Made by a program: the position numbers and the translations under genes. This document shows, piece after piece, positions 29,697-40,630 of a stretch of DNA of 64,000 nucleotides. Below the pieces are notes generated by a model. The model had not been told where the DNA came from and did no database searches. It saw nothing but the letters and a program-made list of their open reading frames with translations. The first letter of the stretch is position 1, and every line of letters starts with the position of its first letter. Origin of the DNA: Podarcis filfolensis (taxonomy: Eukaryota); the NCBI GenBank assembly GCA_964270895.1, contig OZ185439.1; one strand, written 5' to 3'.

Positions 29697-29782
29697 AGCT
29701 TGTTTGGAGGTTCTAGCAGGGGAGCGCAGCTATCGTATACCCTTGACCGAAGAACGGTACACTCCTTCTATCTGGGATGGTC
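29697..29782 (-). pseudogene. RN7SK: 7SK snRNA fragment (about nt 151-234), truncated by an assembly gap
   Basis: Minus strand GACCATCCCAGATAGAAGGAGTGTACCGTTCTTCGGTCAAGGGTATACGATAGCTGCGCTCCCCTGCTAGAACCTCCAAACAAGCT versus recalled human 7SK GACCATCCCCGATAGAGGAGGACCGGTCTTCGGTCAAGGGTATACGAGTAGCTGCGCTCCCCTGCTAGAACCTCCAAACAAGCT. Confidence 0.85.
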
Positions 29783-29917
29783 NNNNNNNNNNNNNNNNNN
29801 NNNNNNNNNNNNNNNNNNNNNNNNNNNNNNNNNNNNNNNNNNNNNNNNNNNNNNNNNNNNNNNNNNNNNNNNNNNNNNNNNNNNNNNNNNNNNNNNNNNN
29901 NNNNNNNNNNNNNNNNN
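29783..29917. other. Assembly gap (135 N)
   Basis: Run of n characters. Confidence 1.
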
Positions 29918-31612
29918 CAGTGTGCTGCAAGTATGGAACAGCTGCACAGCTGAAAAAGACCTGTAGAAAAAGACCAGTCGGTCTGATAGTAAATTCTCTT
30001 TGGCTCACACATAGCAGTAAGTTAGATCTTCAGAATGAGCAAAACCCAAACCCTGAGTTTTCCAATAGCTCCCAGAAAATATTGGAGCAGGCATTCTATA
30101 TCCTGTGGTGCAGTCCCTGAAGCCTTAGAGAAAGGGGAAGAGGCTGAGCAGAGAATCCAAATAAGACTTCAGCAAAGCCTCATTGGTCAAATTCATGACA
30201 CTTGCAGTTAAGTTGGTCTTTTTCTACATACCTCCCACTTGCAGAAGCTGAAACAACAAAACCCATTTGACGGGCAAGCATTAATATAGGTGAGATTGAA
30301 ATAGGACATGAAATAGGACACATGGAGAGGACACGATTCAATAAAGTTCCAAATGTGCACTCGTTAATTATACTCAGCAAAAACATATCATTGTACACAA
30401 TCCAATTCCACTGAAATCTGATTAAACACAGGAAATAACAGGTACCCTTATTGATGGGAAATAACCTGATTTTTTAAAAAATACAATTTTTCCAAAAAAT
30501 ATTCAGTTTGTCTTTCTTAACACAGCAGGCCTAAATCATTGCACGAAAAAATTCCTGAAATATTTCGAGCTCCCCCTGCCCCCCCAACTTCAACATGTTC
30601 AGAAATCACTATATCCACTAACTGAATATAAACAAAGCATTCAACTCCTGAAAGTCCTATTTGCGTTGAATATACATACTTTCGGGAAAGCTGCCTTCTT
30701 ACAAAGGAAACAATAGAATATATTTTACAACCAAATGTTCAGCTCAGTTGAAGTGATATATATCCATGTCCAAATTTACAACCTTGCTGGATAACAACAC
30801 TTGTGACCTGCTCATTATTTTTAAAAATATGATTCCTCTCTAGAAACAAACATATATTATAAAAATATATCATGTGAAATGTCTCTGCACAAGAATACTT
30901 GAAGGGAAGGAAGGGAGAAAATATTGAGGAGTGAGGGGGAAGCACAACTCCCTCCCAGTGATGCGTTCCTGTGTTTAGATGCTTTAGCAAAACATGTGCC
31001 TCCCCCTTTATTCCACTGCCTGTGGCACCAGCTAATCTGATAAATAGCTCAAATGGAAGACATACCTGAACATATACTATTTTACCTCTTGTGTTTCTTA
31101 AAAGTGTTCACATTTACCACATCCTCAAAAAGCCTTTTTTCATTTTCCACTGGAAATTTAATCACACTTCCTCAACTTTATAGCATCAAAGTTCCTGCTC
31201 TGAGATTAAATAATTTTCAGCAGCCCTGCTTTATTTGGCCTAGTGGTTTATTGACGTCAGAACCCAGTACGAGATTCAGGAACACAAGACAGGTTCTGGA
31301 ACCACACAAGTGAAATCACCTTGATCCAACATTAACTGTAACAGCTGTGCTCCCTAGCTTCCGACCTGGTGGAAGAGCAGGGTGCCTCTGAGCTTAAGCA
31401 GAGAGCCCTTGCGTCTCCACTCAACCACTACAGGATTCTTTGAGACACCAAGCTTGAGACAGGGAGTTATGGATTCAAAGCAAAATGGAGTGCTACAGCC
31501 TCTCTTCTTAGCAATCAAGTGCCACTTCAGTCCCACGTGTTTTATGAAAAACGATCTGCTGGCTTGTTTTGTTTATAGGATAATAGGTTTTTTAAACTCT
31601 TTATCTACTTTC

Positions 31613-31815
31613 TGTTACCTGTCTGCGCAGAGGAATGCGCTTAGTCAGCTTGTGCACGGCTGGCTGGCTACTGAAGTCCGGCTTCTTAGTGGAAGATCTC
31701 ATGTGGCACAGAATGACTGTCACCACCATGCAGACAATCAGGAAGACCCCTACACAGTAAATGGCTATCTCCAGGTAGTCTGGCGATGTTGGAAACGGTT
31801 TGTCTTCTACAGGGC
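31613..31815 (-). CDS. FGFR2: FGFR2 transmembrane exon (203 nt VT+ form; 197 nt VT- form ending at 31619): [65 protein letters not shown](VT)
   Basis: ctctag acceptor, hydrophobic TM helix, and a 3' end CAG|GTAACA|GAAAGT giving tandem GT and GA donors. Confidence 0.97.
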
Positions 31816-34246
31816 CTAGAGTGCAAGTACGAAGGAGGAAGAGTCATGAGGAAGAATTACAAGGTAGAGAAAACAAATTGGCAGTACACATCAAACCAAG
31901 TGGTCTGGTTTGCAACGAACTACACGAGATAAAAGAACGCTGCTGATTTCCACAGCGTGGAAACAGCTACACTGAGAGTCTCCACGCAGCCATTTTTCAA
32001 AGTGTCGGCTTAAGCTGGCTGCTACCCCACTAAGCGAGCTTAGTGAGGTACTTCTGGACAAAATCACTTTGGTATGAATAGCTGATCTTATTTAACTTCA
32101 CAACGAAAGGCTAGATGCTTAAATTATGCCTGTGATCACCTTTTCTTCTCATTCTATTTTTCTTTTTAGCCAAGCTGCTTGAGACAGGGAAGTGGGCACA
32201 TAATTCACTCCAGATGAATCAATATTTATCCCAATCTCCCAATCTCTGGCCTGAAGCAAATGACAGGTTTAGTAAAATAATTTTTCAAGAGCATTGTGTT
32301 TAACTCTGTGGGCCACCTGAACACACAATGAAAGGCAAACAAGCACTGAATTAGCTAGCTGAAAAGCAAGGCTTATGGGACGCCGAAGCATAACAAAGCT
32401 CAGGCATGAACTGGCCTGGTTTAGGTATCCAAATACTTCTACTGAAAATCAGGATTCACAAAAAGTGTTGAAATGTATTGGACAGTGAATTTGTATCAAC
32501 AGCACCTCTCTATGCACACTTACTTGGGAGTAAGCCCATTGAACATAGTGGGATTTACTTCTGATTTAATAGGCACAGGATTTAGGCTGTAAAAGTCCAT
32601 AGGAATTGAGTGGCTAACTAATCTCTGAATACTCTGAAAACAGCAGACTGCTGGTGGATCTCCATGACCACTTTCTCTTAACTAGGTCCACGCCAGTTCT
32701 CAAGTACCGGATTTAGGTATCAGCATATTCCCTGCCCCCTTCAAAAAGAAACTCATCCAGCTTTCTTCAAAATTCTTCAAGAATTCTTCAAACTGGGCTG
32801 TCCCATAGCAGGAGGACAGTATGAGATTCTACTCTGACATTGGTAGATCACTAAGTTCCAGAACCAAAAAGAGAATGCATTTTTAAAAATAATAATAATA
32901 AATATTGGTATATTTTTACATATATAGGTAAGTCTACGGATGGAAGATCACATTCAGATCTTAAGAGCACCTAGTCTGTGAATGGCATCAAATGGCAATG
33001 CTAGTTTTACAGTTATTCTCTTCATTAAGTAATTGCACAGAATTTATTTCTCAGTCATGATTTAACTAATTAAGAAAGCATTCCCATTTTTTACATTGCT
33101 AAATGATGACACTTTAGTTTATTATGTGGGGTTTGACAGCAAATAAGAATTGTGACAAAGCACTTGTCAAGATATTTGTTATTATTATTATAATAATAAT
33201 CTGTTCCTAATCCTTTTACTTCATTACTCTGAATCATCACCATCAGCATTCTGCAGCAATATCTGGTCATTATGCAAGCAATGCACATTGCAACATGTTC
33301 TTCTGTCTCATTTTGTATTAATACAAGCATTCACTCATACTGATTAAGAAGTGGTGCTTAAGCGCTTGCAAATATGGAAAGAACACTGCAAGCAGAAGCA
33401 ACTGCAACTTTAAGCACTGACTACCTGTTTAGTGGTGAATGCACCTTGGATGCCACAAAGGTTAATAGTTAAAGATGGTAGTAATGTAAGCTATCTCTTA
33501 CATAAAAGAGAGAAGAAATAACATAGAAACCTTGAGAACAACTCATATAGCAGCACAGTACTTAATGAACACATGCAGTTACCAAACCTATATTTTAAAA
33601 ACATTAAGACTTAATATATATCTTGACCAGCAAATTATTAACTGTGCAAGTAATTCGGCAGTTGCTCTGCATTGAACAGTTATAAAGCAAGAAAGTTTAA
33701 TTAGTGCAGACATCTAAAACTATATTTTCCGACAGACAACCAATTTCAGGCAATGAAGCGCATTAATGTGTGTTTCTGCTAAAAACAGAAACAACATCAA
33801 TCCAAGCATGGCAATACATGCTTCGCAGAAAAAGCAAATTAGCTGTCATTTGCTTAGAACATGCAACATTTAAAGATACACCAAGTTGATTCCAAAGATA
33901 TGTAAAAACACCGCTTCTGTAATCACATTTCAGCACAGCCAATTCTCATATATACACGTGTAAACCCAGGCAATTTGACTGGGTTGTGGTAGTTCATTAA
34001 ATATGACTTTGAAATTTCCCTTTAAAAACTTCCCAGGAGAGGATTTTTGAGTTTCTCTCAGGGAGAAGTTTATGATTGTTGACTTTTGGTTATATAATCA
34101 AGTGTCAAAGAAAGCCTCTTTTTTCCAAATTTATAATGAACATTAAGGTAATTGGGGGGAGGAGGTGTTTAAATGAAGTTTGAAAAAATTACAATTCATC
34201 TTTTTAAGTTGAAGTGCAGCCTTTTGCTGCAGCGAAGAACATTTTA

Positions 34247-34501
<255 letters not shown>

Positions 34502-34696
34502 CTAGAAAAAAAAGGGAAGCAAGAGAAAAGCTAGACATTTTAGGAATTCTTGTGGATGGGAAGTGGAACCACGGGGAGCTTGGCACTTCAGAAGAAACGA
34601 CCGGTGCACAGCCGTGGGGGGAGATCCCATCCACAAAGCCCTCAACCAAAAGGCAATTACCAACAGATCCCAGCTCACCTCAGAGAGGAATAAATC

Positions 34697-34744
34697 ATCA
34701 ACACCCTTCACCAAACCTACTCTCACCACCTAAGAAGGCATGCA
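34697..34744 (-). promoter_or_regulatory. UGCAUG followed by a UGG/GGU-rich ISE/ISS-3-like element (ESRP-type site)
   Basis: Sense TGCATGCCTTCTTAGGTGGTGAGAGTAGGTTTGGTGAAGGGTGTTGA just downstream of ISAR, the same order as in mammals. Confidence 0.7.
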
Positions 34745-34753
34745 ATCAAAGAA

Positions 34754-34775
34754 CATGGAAAAAATTGTCCACAAA
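34754..34775 (-). promoter_or_regulatory. ISAR/IAS3 core (3' arm of the long-range RNA stem)
   Basis: Sense TTTGTGGACAATTTTTTCCATG, complementary to ISE-2. Confidence 0.88.
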
Positions 34776-35950
34776 ATGTTTGGAGGAGAAAATGACATAA
34801 ACACAAAGAAAGATGAAACAGACAGAAGAACAGGGGACAGGACATTCTGTAATGTCACTTAAAATGTCCTTCAGATTAATGAAGACATACATTTCAGAGA
34901 CATACAGGGAAGGGCTGAAAATAAAAAGACAAAAAGACTTCAAAAAGAGGTGTTTTCATTACAACCTGTATTAAATATAGCCCCAAGAGTTCCTTGTAAC
35001 CAAAGGGCTGAGGGAGAACTAGGCTATCACTGCCTCAAATAATGACTTAAGTCAAACCTGAGATTTAAATATAATGGAGCAGTTTAGGAATCCATCATGA
35101 ACCCAAACGCAGGTTTGTCACAGGTAGGAACGCCCAGACAAACAGTTGGTGCTAGAAGTAAACAGGCCACTACTGCTTCAAGTGATCATAGAAATAAAAT
35201 GTATGGATAATAGATTTTCTAGATGTGCTTACTTGCTTACATTTGGGTCTATTATGATGACCCAAAGTCTGGAAACAAGTTGGTAGAGAGAAAAAAATTG
35301 AGCCGCCCAATGTGGTGAGAAATAGGTGTACTGATAAGGCATACAATAGGATTTACAAATATGGGAATGTAAAATTCAACAATCCCTGCTTAACAAGATG
35401 GTAACTATTGCTGCACTGTCTTGAAGTAAACAAAAGGAATCAAGACCTCTATATGTATGCCGAATGACCATGGAAGAGAATTAGTTCTATTCAAATATTA
35501 AGATTTAACATATTTGCATTTTTAAAAGAGCATGAAGCTTTTTTCAAAGCTAAAGTGCATACCACACTATTAAAAAGGTCCAAATGAGACCCATCACATG
35601 GCTATACAGCACTTGTGTAAAGATGGAAACAATGATATAAAATGCTGGCTCGTCAAGTGGATAAGTCTCCATGAATTCATGTTCAGTATTCTACCAGACT
35701 GAGACAGGTGGCCTTGGAGGTAATCTGGTATGTGCAACACCTCATCACTTGATCCAACCTCAATGAGTAGCTATGATTTCCAGAACAGTGATCAATATAT
35801 AATACAAAGACATAGAAGGCAACAGTGCAAAAGTAAGGAAGACTCAGAGTGGTCAGATTCTGCTGGGGGGAAATATATACGAAGACAAATGATACATCAA
35901 AGAAAAAACAGAAAAGACAAAAGGTTACAGAAGAGGTAACTAAAACAGTA

Positions 35951-35978
35951 TTTGTGGGAATTTTTCCATGGCTACTGG
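35951..35978 (-). promoter_or_regulatory. ISE-2/IAS2 (5' arm of the long-range RNA stem)
   Basis: Sense CCAGTAGCCATGGAAAAATTCCCACAAA versus recalled human CCAGTAGCCATGGAAAAATGCCCACAA. Confidence 0.9.
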
Positions 35979-36117
35979 AGTAACACCAGTTGCATCTCCA
36001 AGAGAGGATTATAAATACACCAAGGTCATGGAGTTATCCTACAAGCTGCCTGCAGAGTCCCAAAGCACCAATTTTTTCCAGCTTCTACATCCAGCTTTCT
36101 TTAACAGACGTTGTTAC

Positions 36118-36262
36118 CTTTTTTTAGCAGAACCGTAAGCCAGGCAGACTGGTTGGCCTCCCCTATATAATTGGAGACCTTACAAATATATTCTCCAGCA
36201 TCCGCCTCTGTCACATTGTACAGTTTCAGCACTTCAGCATTGGAACTATTTATCCCCGAATG
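36118..36262 (-). CDS. FGFR2: FGFR2 exon IIIb (K-SAM/KGFR, epithelial; 145 nt): [48 protein letters not shown]
   Basis: Manual translation; gttctag acceptor and weak gtaaca donor; one codon shorter than the human 148-nt exon. Confidence 0.97.
36156..36165 (-). promoter_or_regulatory. S10-like exonic splicing silencer (hnRNP A1 type)
   Basis: Sense TAGGGGAGGC versus mammalian S10 TAGGGCAGGC at the same codons. Confidence 0.7.
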
Positions 36263-37098
36263 CTAGAACAGACCAATAACACAGGAGAACAATGTAACTA
36301 CTGCCCCAAATGTCGACACCACCATGGTCCCGCCACCAAAACACTTGAAGGAGTCTTCCAGTTACTACAAATGCTAGCATTGAAATATTGCACTTTAAAA
36401 CAACAGCAGCAGCAGCAAGAAAGATTTCTTACAAAACTGGGGAGGAAAGGTTCTGCCCAGATAAACTACCTTTTTCGTTTCCCTGCTGTGCAAAATCATT
36501 AATTTCTGGCTCTACTGCTAAGCTTCATGGGAAATCACTACTATAAAATTAGCTGTTCCTTAGGAGCAAAGCCAGGCAAAAATGACATATTTTCAAAATG
36601 GCTGCTACCCCTAAAATGATTGCCCAGTCAATAGTTCACACTTGGGGGAGGGGGACACACTCAGTATCTTTATCATAAGGAAAATGAGCACTGACAACAT
36701 CCTTTGGCAACAAATATGGTCATTACAGAAGGGCCTATAATGTTGTCCAAGCCTCTTCATATATTTCCTTTGATTTATTTTGGATACTCTTTGCCAATGC
36801 ACAAATCTCAAGTGATGCCAAGATAGCGGCACTGCAATTCTTTTAATAAACAACCATGATGTCTGAAAAATAAGCAAACAATCATGCAGAGGGATAAAAG
36901 ACTTTAAGGAAGGTGAAATGCGGAATGAATTTTTGCTTTTGTTTATACCAGCAACTCAGTATTCCACTGTATTTATGTGTGCTGGCAAGGATAAAAGTCA
37001 ATTTAAAAAAATCTATCCCTTGACCTTGTTCAAAAAGCTTTATAACATTCTAAAAAGAATTGCTTATTGTTCAAAAGAAAATAAGGGGGGAAGCTCAC

Positions 37099-37289
37099 CT
37101 TTAAAACTTTCAGGTACGGCAATCCATCTGGCCCATATTTACTTCCATTCTTTTCTGTGTGTTTTATCCACTGGATATGAGGCTGAGCATCACTGTAGAC
37201 TTTGCAGACAAACTCTGCATCACCCCCAACAACCGCAGAAGTATTTGCTGGTAGGCCAGCTTGTAGGATAGGCCTGTGAGGCGATCGCT
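37099..37289 (-). CDS. FGFR2: FGFR2 exon IIIa (191 nt): [64 protein letters not shown]
   Basis: Within ORF 37030-37431; tgacag acceptor and gtgagc donor; 191 nt. Confidence 0.98.
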
Positions 37290-37707
37290 CTGTCAGGAAG
37301 CAAAGATGGGGCGGGGGGAGAAAAGAGAGAGAGAGAGAAACGTATAAAGAAGCAGAATTAAGCAGCACTGCCAAGAAAACTGTTAGTGAACATGAGCCAA
37401 AAAGCCCTGTAAGCCTGTTGGCTGACTTCACTGAAATAACGCTGTAACCAAAACGTAGAACAAAAACTGCACTTCAAAGGAGGTGCTTGAATACTCCAGT
37501 TGGAGTGCTGTCTAAAGACTAGCCTTTTAGAAGAAAAAGAAAAAAAAAGGCACAGAGCAGAAGACTGTATGAAGTGGGGGAAGGGAAAATAGGGCACAAC
37601 TAAGGATACTTCTTTTAAATCACAGAAACTTCTATTTATGTGGTATCAAACGTGAGAGCACCACTCTCTGGGGTTGTTCCCTACTATATGGGGTGAGGGA
37701 AATCTAT

Positions 37708-37790
37708 TATCTATCTATCTATCTATCATCTATCTATCTATCTATCAATTATCTATCTATCTATCTATCTATCATCTATCTATCTATCAT
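37708..37790. repeat. (TATC)n / GATA tetranucleotide microsatellite
   Basis: Read directly; interrupted array. Confidence 0.95.
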
Positions 37791-37904
37791 CGTCTTCAGT
37801 TGTACAGTAATTGATTTTAATTAATGTCAAACTAGAAAACAATATTATGATTCACCGACTGAATAAAAAAGAATTAAGTGTGTCCTAATCTGAAGTCAAA
37901 TCTA

Positions 37905-38146
37905 CAGTGGTACCTCAGGTTACATACACTTCAGGTTACATACGCTTCAGGTTACAGACTCCGCTAACCCAGAAATATTACCTCGGGTTAAGAACTTTGC
38001 TTCAGGATGAGAACAGAAATCGTGCAGTGGCGGTACAGCAGCAGCAGGAGGCCCCATTAGCTAAAGTGGTGCCTCAGGTTAAGAACAGTTTCAGGTTAAG
38101 AACGGACCTCCATAACGAATTATGTTCTTAACCCGAGGTATCACTG
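37905..38146 (+). mobile_element. Tc1/mariner-type MITE, copy 3
   Basis: TA|CAGTGGTACCTCAGGTTAC...GAGGTATCACTG|TA. Confidence 0.9.
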
Positions 38147-39353
38147 TATTGCCAATCCTTTGGGTGAGGGTTTACTGAGGTACGGTATATTGTAACTGGA
38201 AATTGTGTAATTAGGCAAAAATATAAACATAGAAGGGGAAAAGAGAAGCAAAGACCAAACAAAAATGCTACCAAAAACAAGTTTTTTAAAAAAAGAAAAA
38301 GAATAAAAGACTAAAATGAGCATCAATTAATATATATTATTATAGAAGGCATTCACTAATTGTGAACTATAATCATGAACTATTAATAGTACTGATAATA
38401 ACATTACTGCAAAGAACATATATGGCATCATCTCATAAACATGTTGGTTATGTAACAATCTCAGTCAAGGAACCATTATAGATTTTCCACAATTAGACCT
38501 ATTGGGTCTGTCCCAAAGGGTACCATCAGTGCATAGGACCATTACCTCACATGAACCAGAGTACCAGTGGTTTTTCACCAGCAACCCCTACTACCTCATA
38601 TCCATACCCTGGTTTGTAGGTAGTAGCTCTTGAAACTCTCAGCTTTAGGGAACTGCTTTTAGAAGACATGCTTCAGAAGCCACACTGTATGCCCAGAGCT
38701 CACTGTGTGGCCTTCTGCGTCATGATCACAACTGGCAACTACTGTTCTAAAAAACAACTTCTATTATTTCTTTTAATAATGGGCTTTCCAAAGGGCTTTC
38801 CAAAGCTCTGAACTCATGAGATCATTCTGTGGTTTGGGCCTTTGAAAGACTTGGTACCAAACGTAAAAGGGTCAGCTTATTAAGTTCCATCATCCATCAT
38901 CGTGAAATGATGCACAATGGTCTTTTTCCAAGATGGTCATCGGGGAGAATACTGAATTGGCTTCTTGGCAAAATCTGTATGTTTTTATTCATCAGCTTGA
39001 ATTATTTCACAGCAATCTTGAAGTATTAAGACTCAGCAGTAATTTTATGGCATTGGGAAGAAAACACCATTAAGGGATTAGAAACTAATGATTTTCCTTG
39101 ACGGTATTTGGAACTCAAGAGTATCTCACATGTCAAGAAATGCAATCTTTTTTGTTCTTGTTCTGTTTCATTACATGTTTATTTATCTGATATTATTTTG
39201 CCTCTCATCTCAGGGCAAATTATAATAAACAGGAAAATAAATCAAACAATTAGACACCTGAAATGAAAAACTTATTAAGTGCTTTATTTTTTGTAAGTGT
39301 AAACAAATTACACACAATTTCTTTTGGACTGTTCATTTCTTTTGAAGAACCCA

Positions 39354-39426
39354 CTGGGGTTGGGAACTTTTCGCCGTCCTGATGTAGTGGAATACAACTT
39401 CCATCAGCTCCAGTCAGCATACCCAA
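39354..39426. mobile_element. 5' half of a hAT-type MITE (TACAACTCCCATCA family)
   Basis: ggggttgggaac...cctgatgtagtggaatacaacttccatcagctccag resembles 20366 and 45893. Confidence 0.55.
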
Positions 39427-39731
39427 TGCCGATCAGAAGGTCAGCGGTTCGAATCCCCGCGACAGGGCGAGCTCCCATTATTTGGTCCCTGCTTCTGCCA
39501 ACCTAGCAGTTCGAAAGCACATCAAAGTGCAAGTAGATAAATGGATACCGCTCCGGCGGGAAGGTAAATGGCATTTCCGTGCGCTGCTCTGGTTCGCCAG
39601 ACGCAGCTTAGTCATGCTGGCCACATAACCCGGAAAAACTGTCTGCGGACAAAAGCCAGTAAAGCGAGATGAGCGCTGCAACCGCAGAGTCGTTCATGAC
39701 TGGACTTAACTGTCAGGGGTCCTTTACCTTT
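39427..39731 (+). mobile_element. 5'-truncated Sauria SINE
   Basis: Aligns to 29255-29556 from TGCCGATCAGAAGG through the CCTTTACCTTT tail. Confidence 0.9.
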
Positions 39732-40209
39732 TCAGAGATACATTAATTATTAAAACTAAATTATAGTGATTTGAGGAAACATTAAAAACCACCCAAATTC
39801 CAAATAGCATATAGTCTGCCATGCAGTGCAATCCTATAGATGTCTGCTCAGAAGTAAGGCTCACTGAGTACAATGGGATTAAGCTCTGGTACGTTTGTAT
39901 AGGACTGCAGCCTTTAACATGTTGGCTTCCAAAAAAAAAAAAATTGTCTGAAAAGCACAACACTGGGGTGTAACAGCAAATAATGACACTGCCAAACAAT
40001 AGGATCTTTAATAAAGGCCATATATTTGGCACTCTGCAAATGCCTATGGGGAATTTACTTACTGAGGCAGCGCTGGCAACATACTACAAAGCAGAAGCCT
40101 TATTTAACTTGTAGCTCTTGCAGTGCTGTTTTTAAATTACTTCATGGCTGTATGTTGGACGGTGTGTATGACTTGAATTCATCCAACATAAAAGATCTGC
40201 TATAGCTAA

Positions 40210-40630
40210 GGTCTGGGAACATAGAAGGCCTTCAACTGGTGACAAAAAGACATCTATTTAAGCACCTATAAAGCTTCTCTGGGAAAGAATTTCATAAACA
40301 GGGTGTCATGACTGAGAAGGCCCTCTTCTCACCTTACTTAAGATGGCAGGGGCACCCAGTGGAAGCCCTGCAGAAGATGTGTGGGCAGGTTAATACTGTA
40401 TGGGGAAAGTGGGCCTTCAGGTCCCAAGCAATGCAGAGCTTTAAGTACTAATTCTGAACAGCACTCAGTAATGGACCATGGGGCAGTACAGTTCTTTTAG
40501 CACTGGTGAGTTGTGTTTCCAATGCCCAGTATAAATTTGTATTCTAGCAGCTGCATTTTGGACCAAACTGCAGTTTCTGACCAATCTTCAATGGTAGCTC
40601 CACATACAATGCACTGCAGTAGTCTAACCA
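40210..40630 (-). mobile_element. L2 LINE 3' fragment (old)
   Basis: gcagctgcattttgga...ggtagctccacatacaatgcactgcagtag resembles the reverse complement of 42275-42340. Confidence 0.7.

Noticed and set aside
29650-30120. Long ORFs spanning the N gap
   Set aside because: Artefact of translating Ns as X.
31382-31819. 145-aa plus-strand ORF
   Set aside because: Antisense shadow of the TM exon; no recognisable protein.
32028-32045. CACTAAGC-GA-GCTTAGTG palindrome upstream of the TM exon
   Set aside because: An 8-bp stem with a 2-nt loop is within chance expectation.
38781-38806. Tandem GGGCTTTCCAAA, kB-like sites
   Set aside because: Imperfect match. It is one of many short 11-20 bp slippage duplications in the window (e.g. 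near 8628, 15585, 16655, 24900, 45338).
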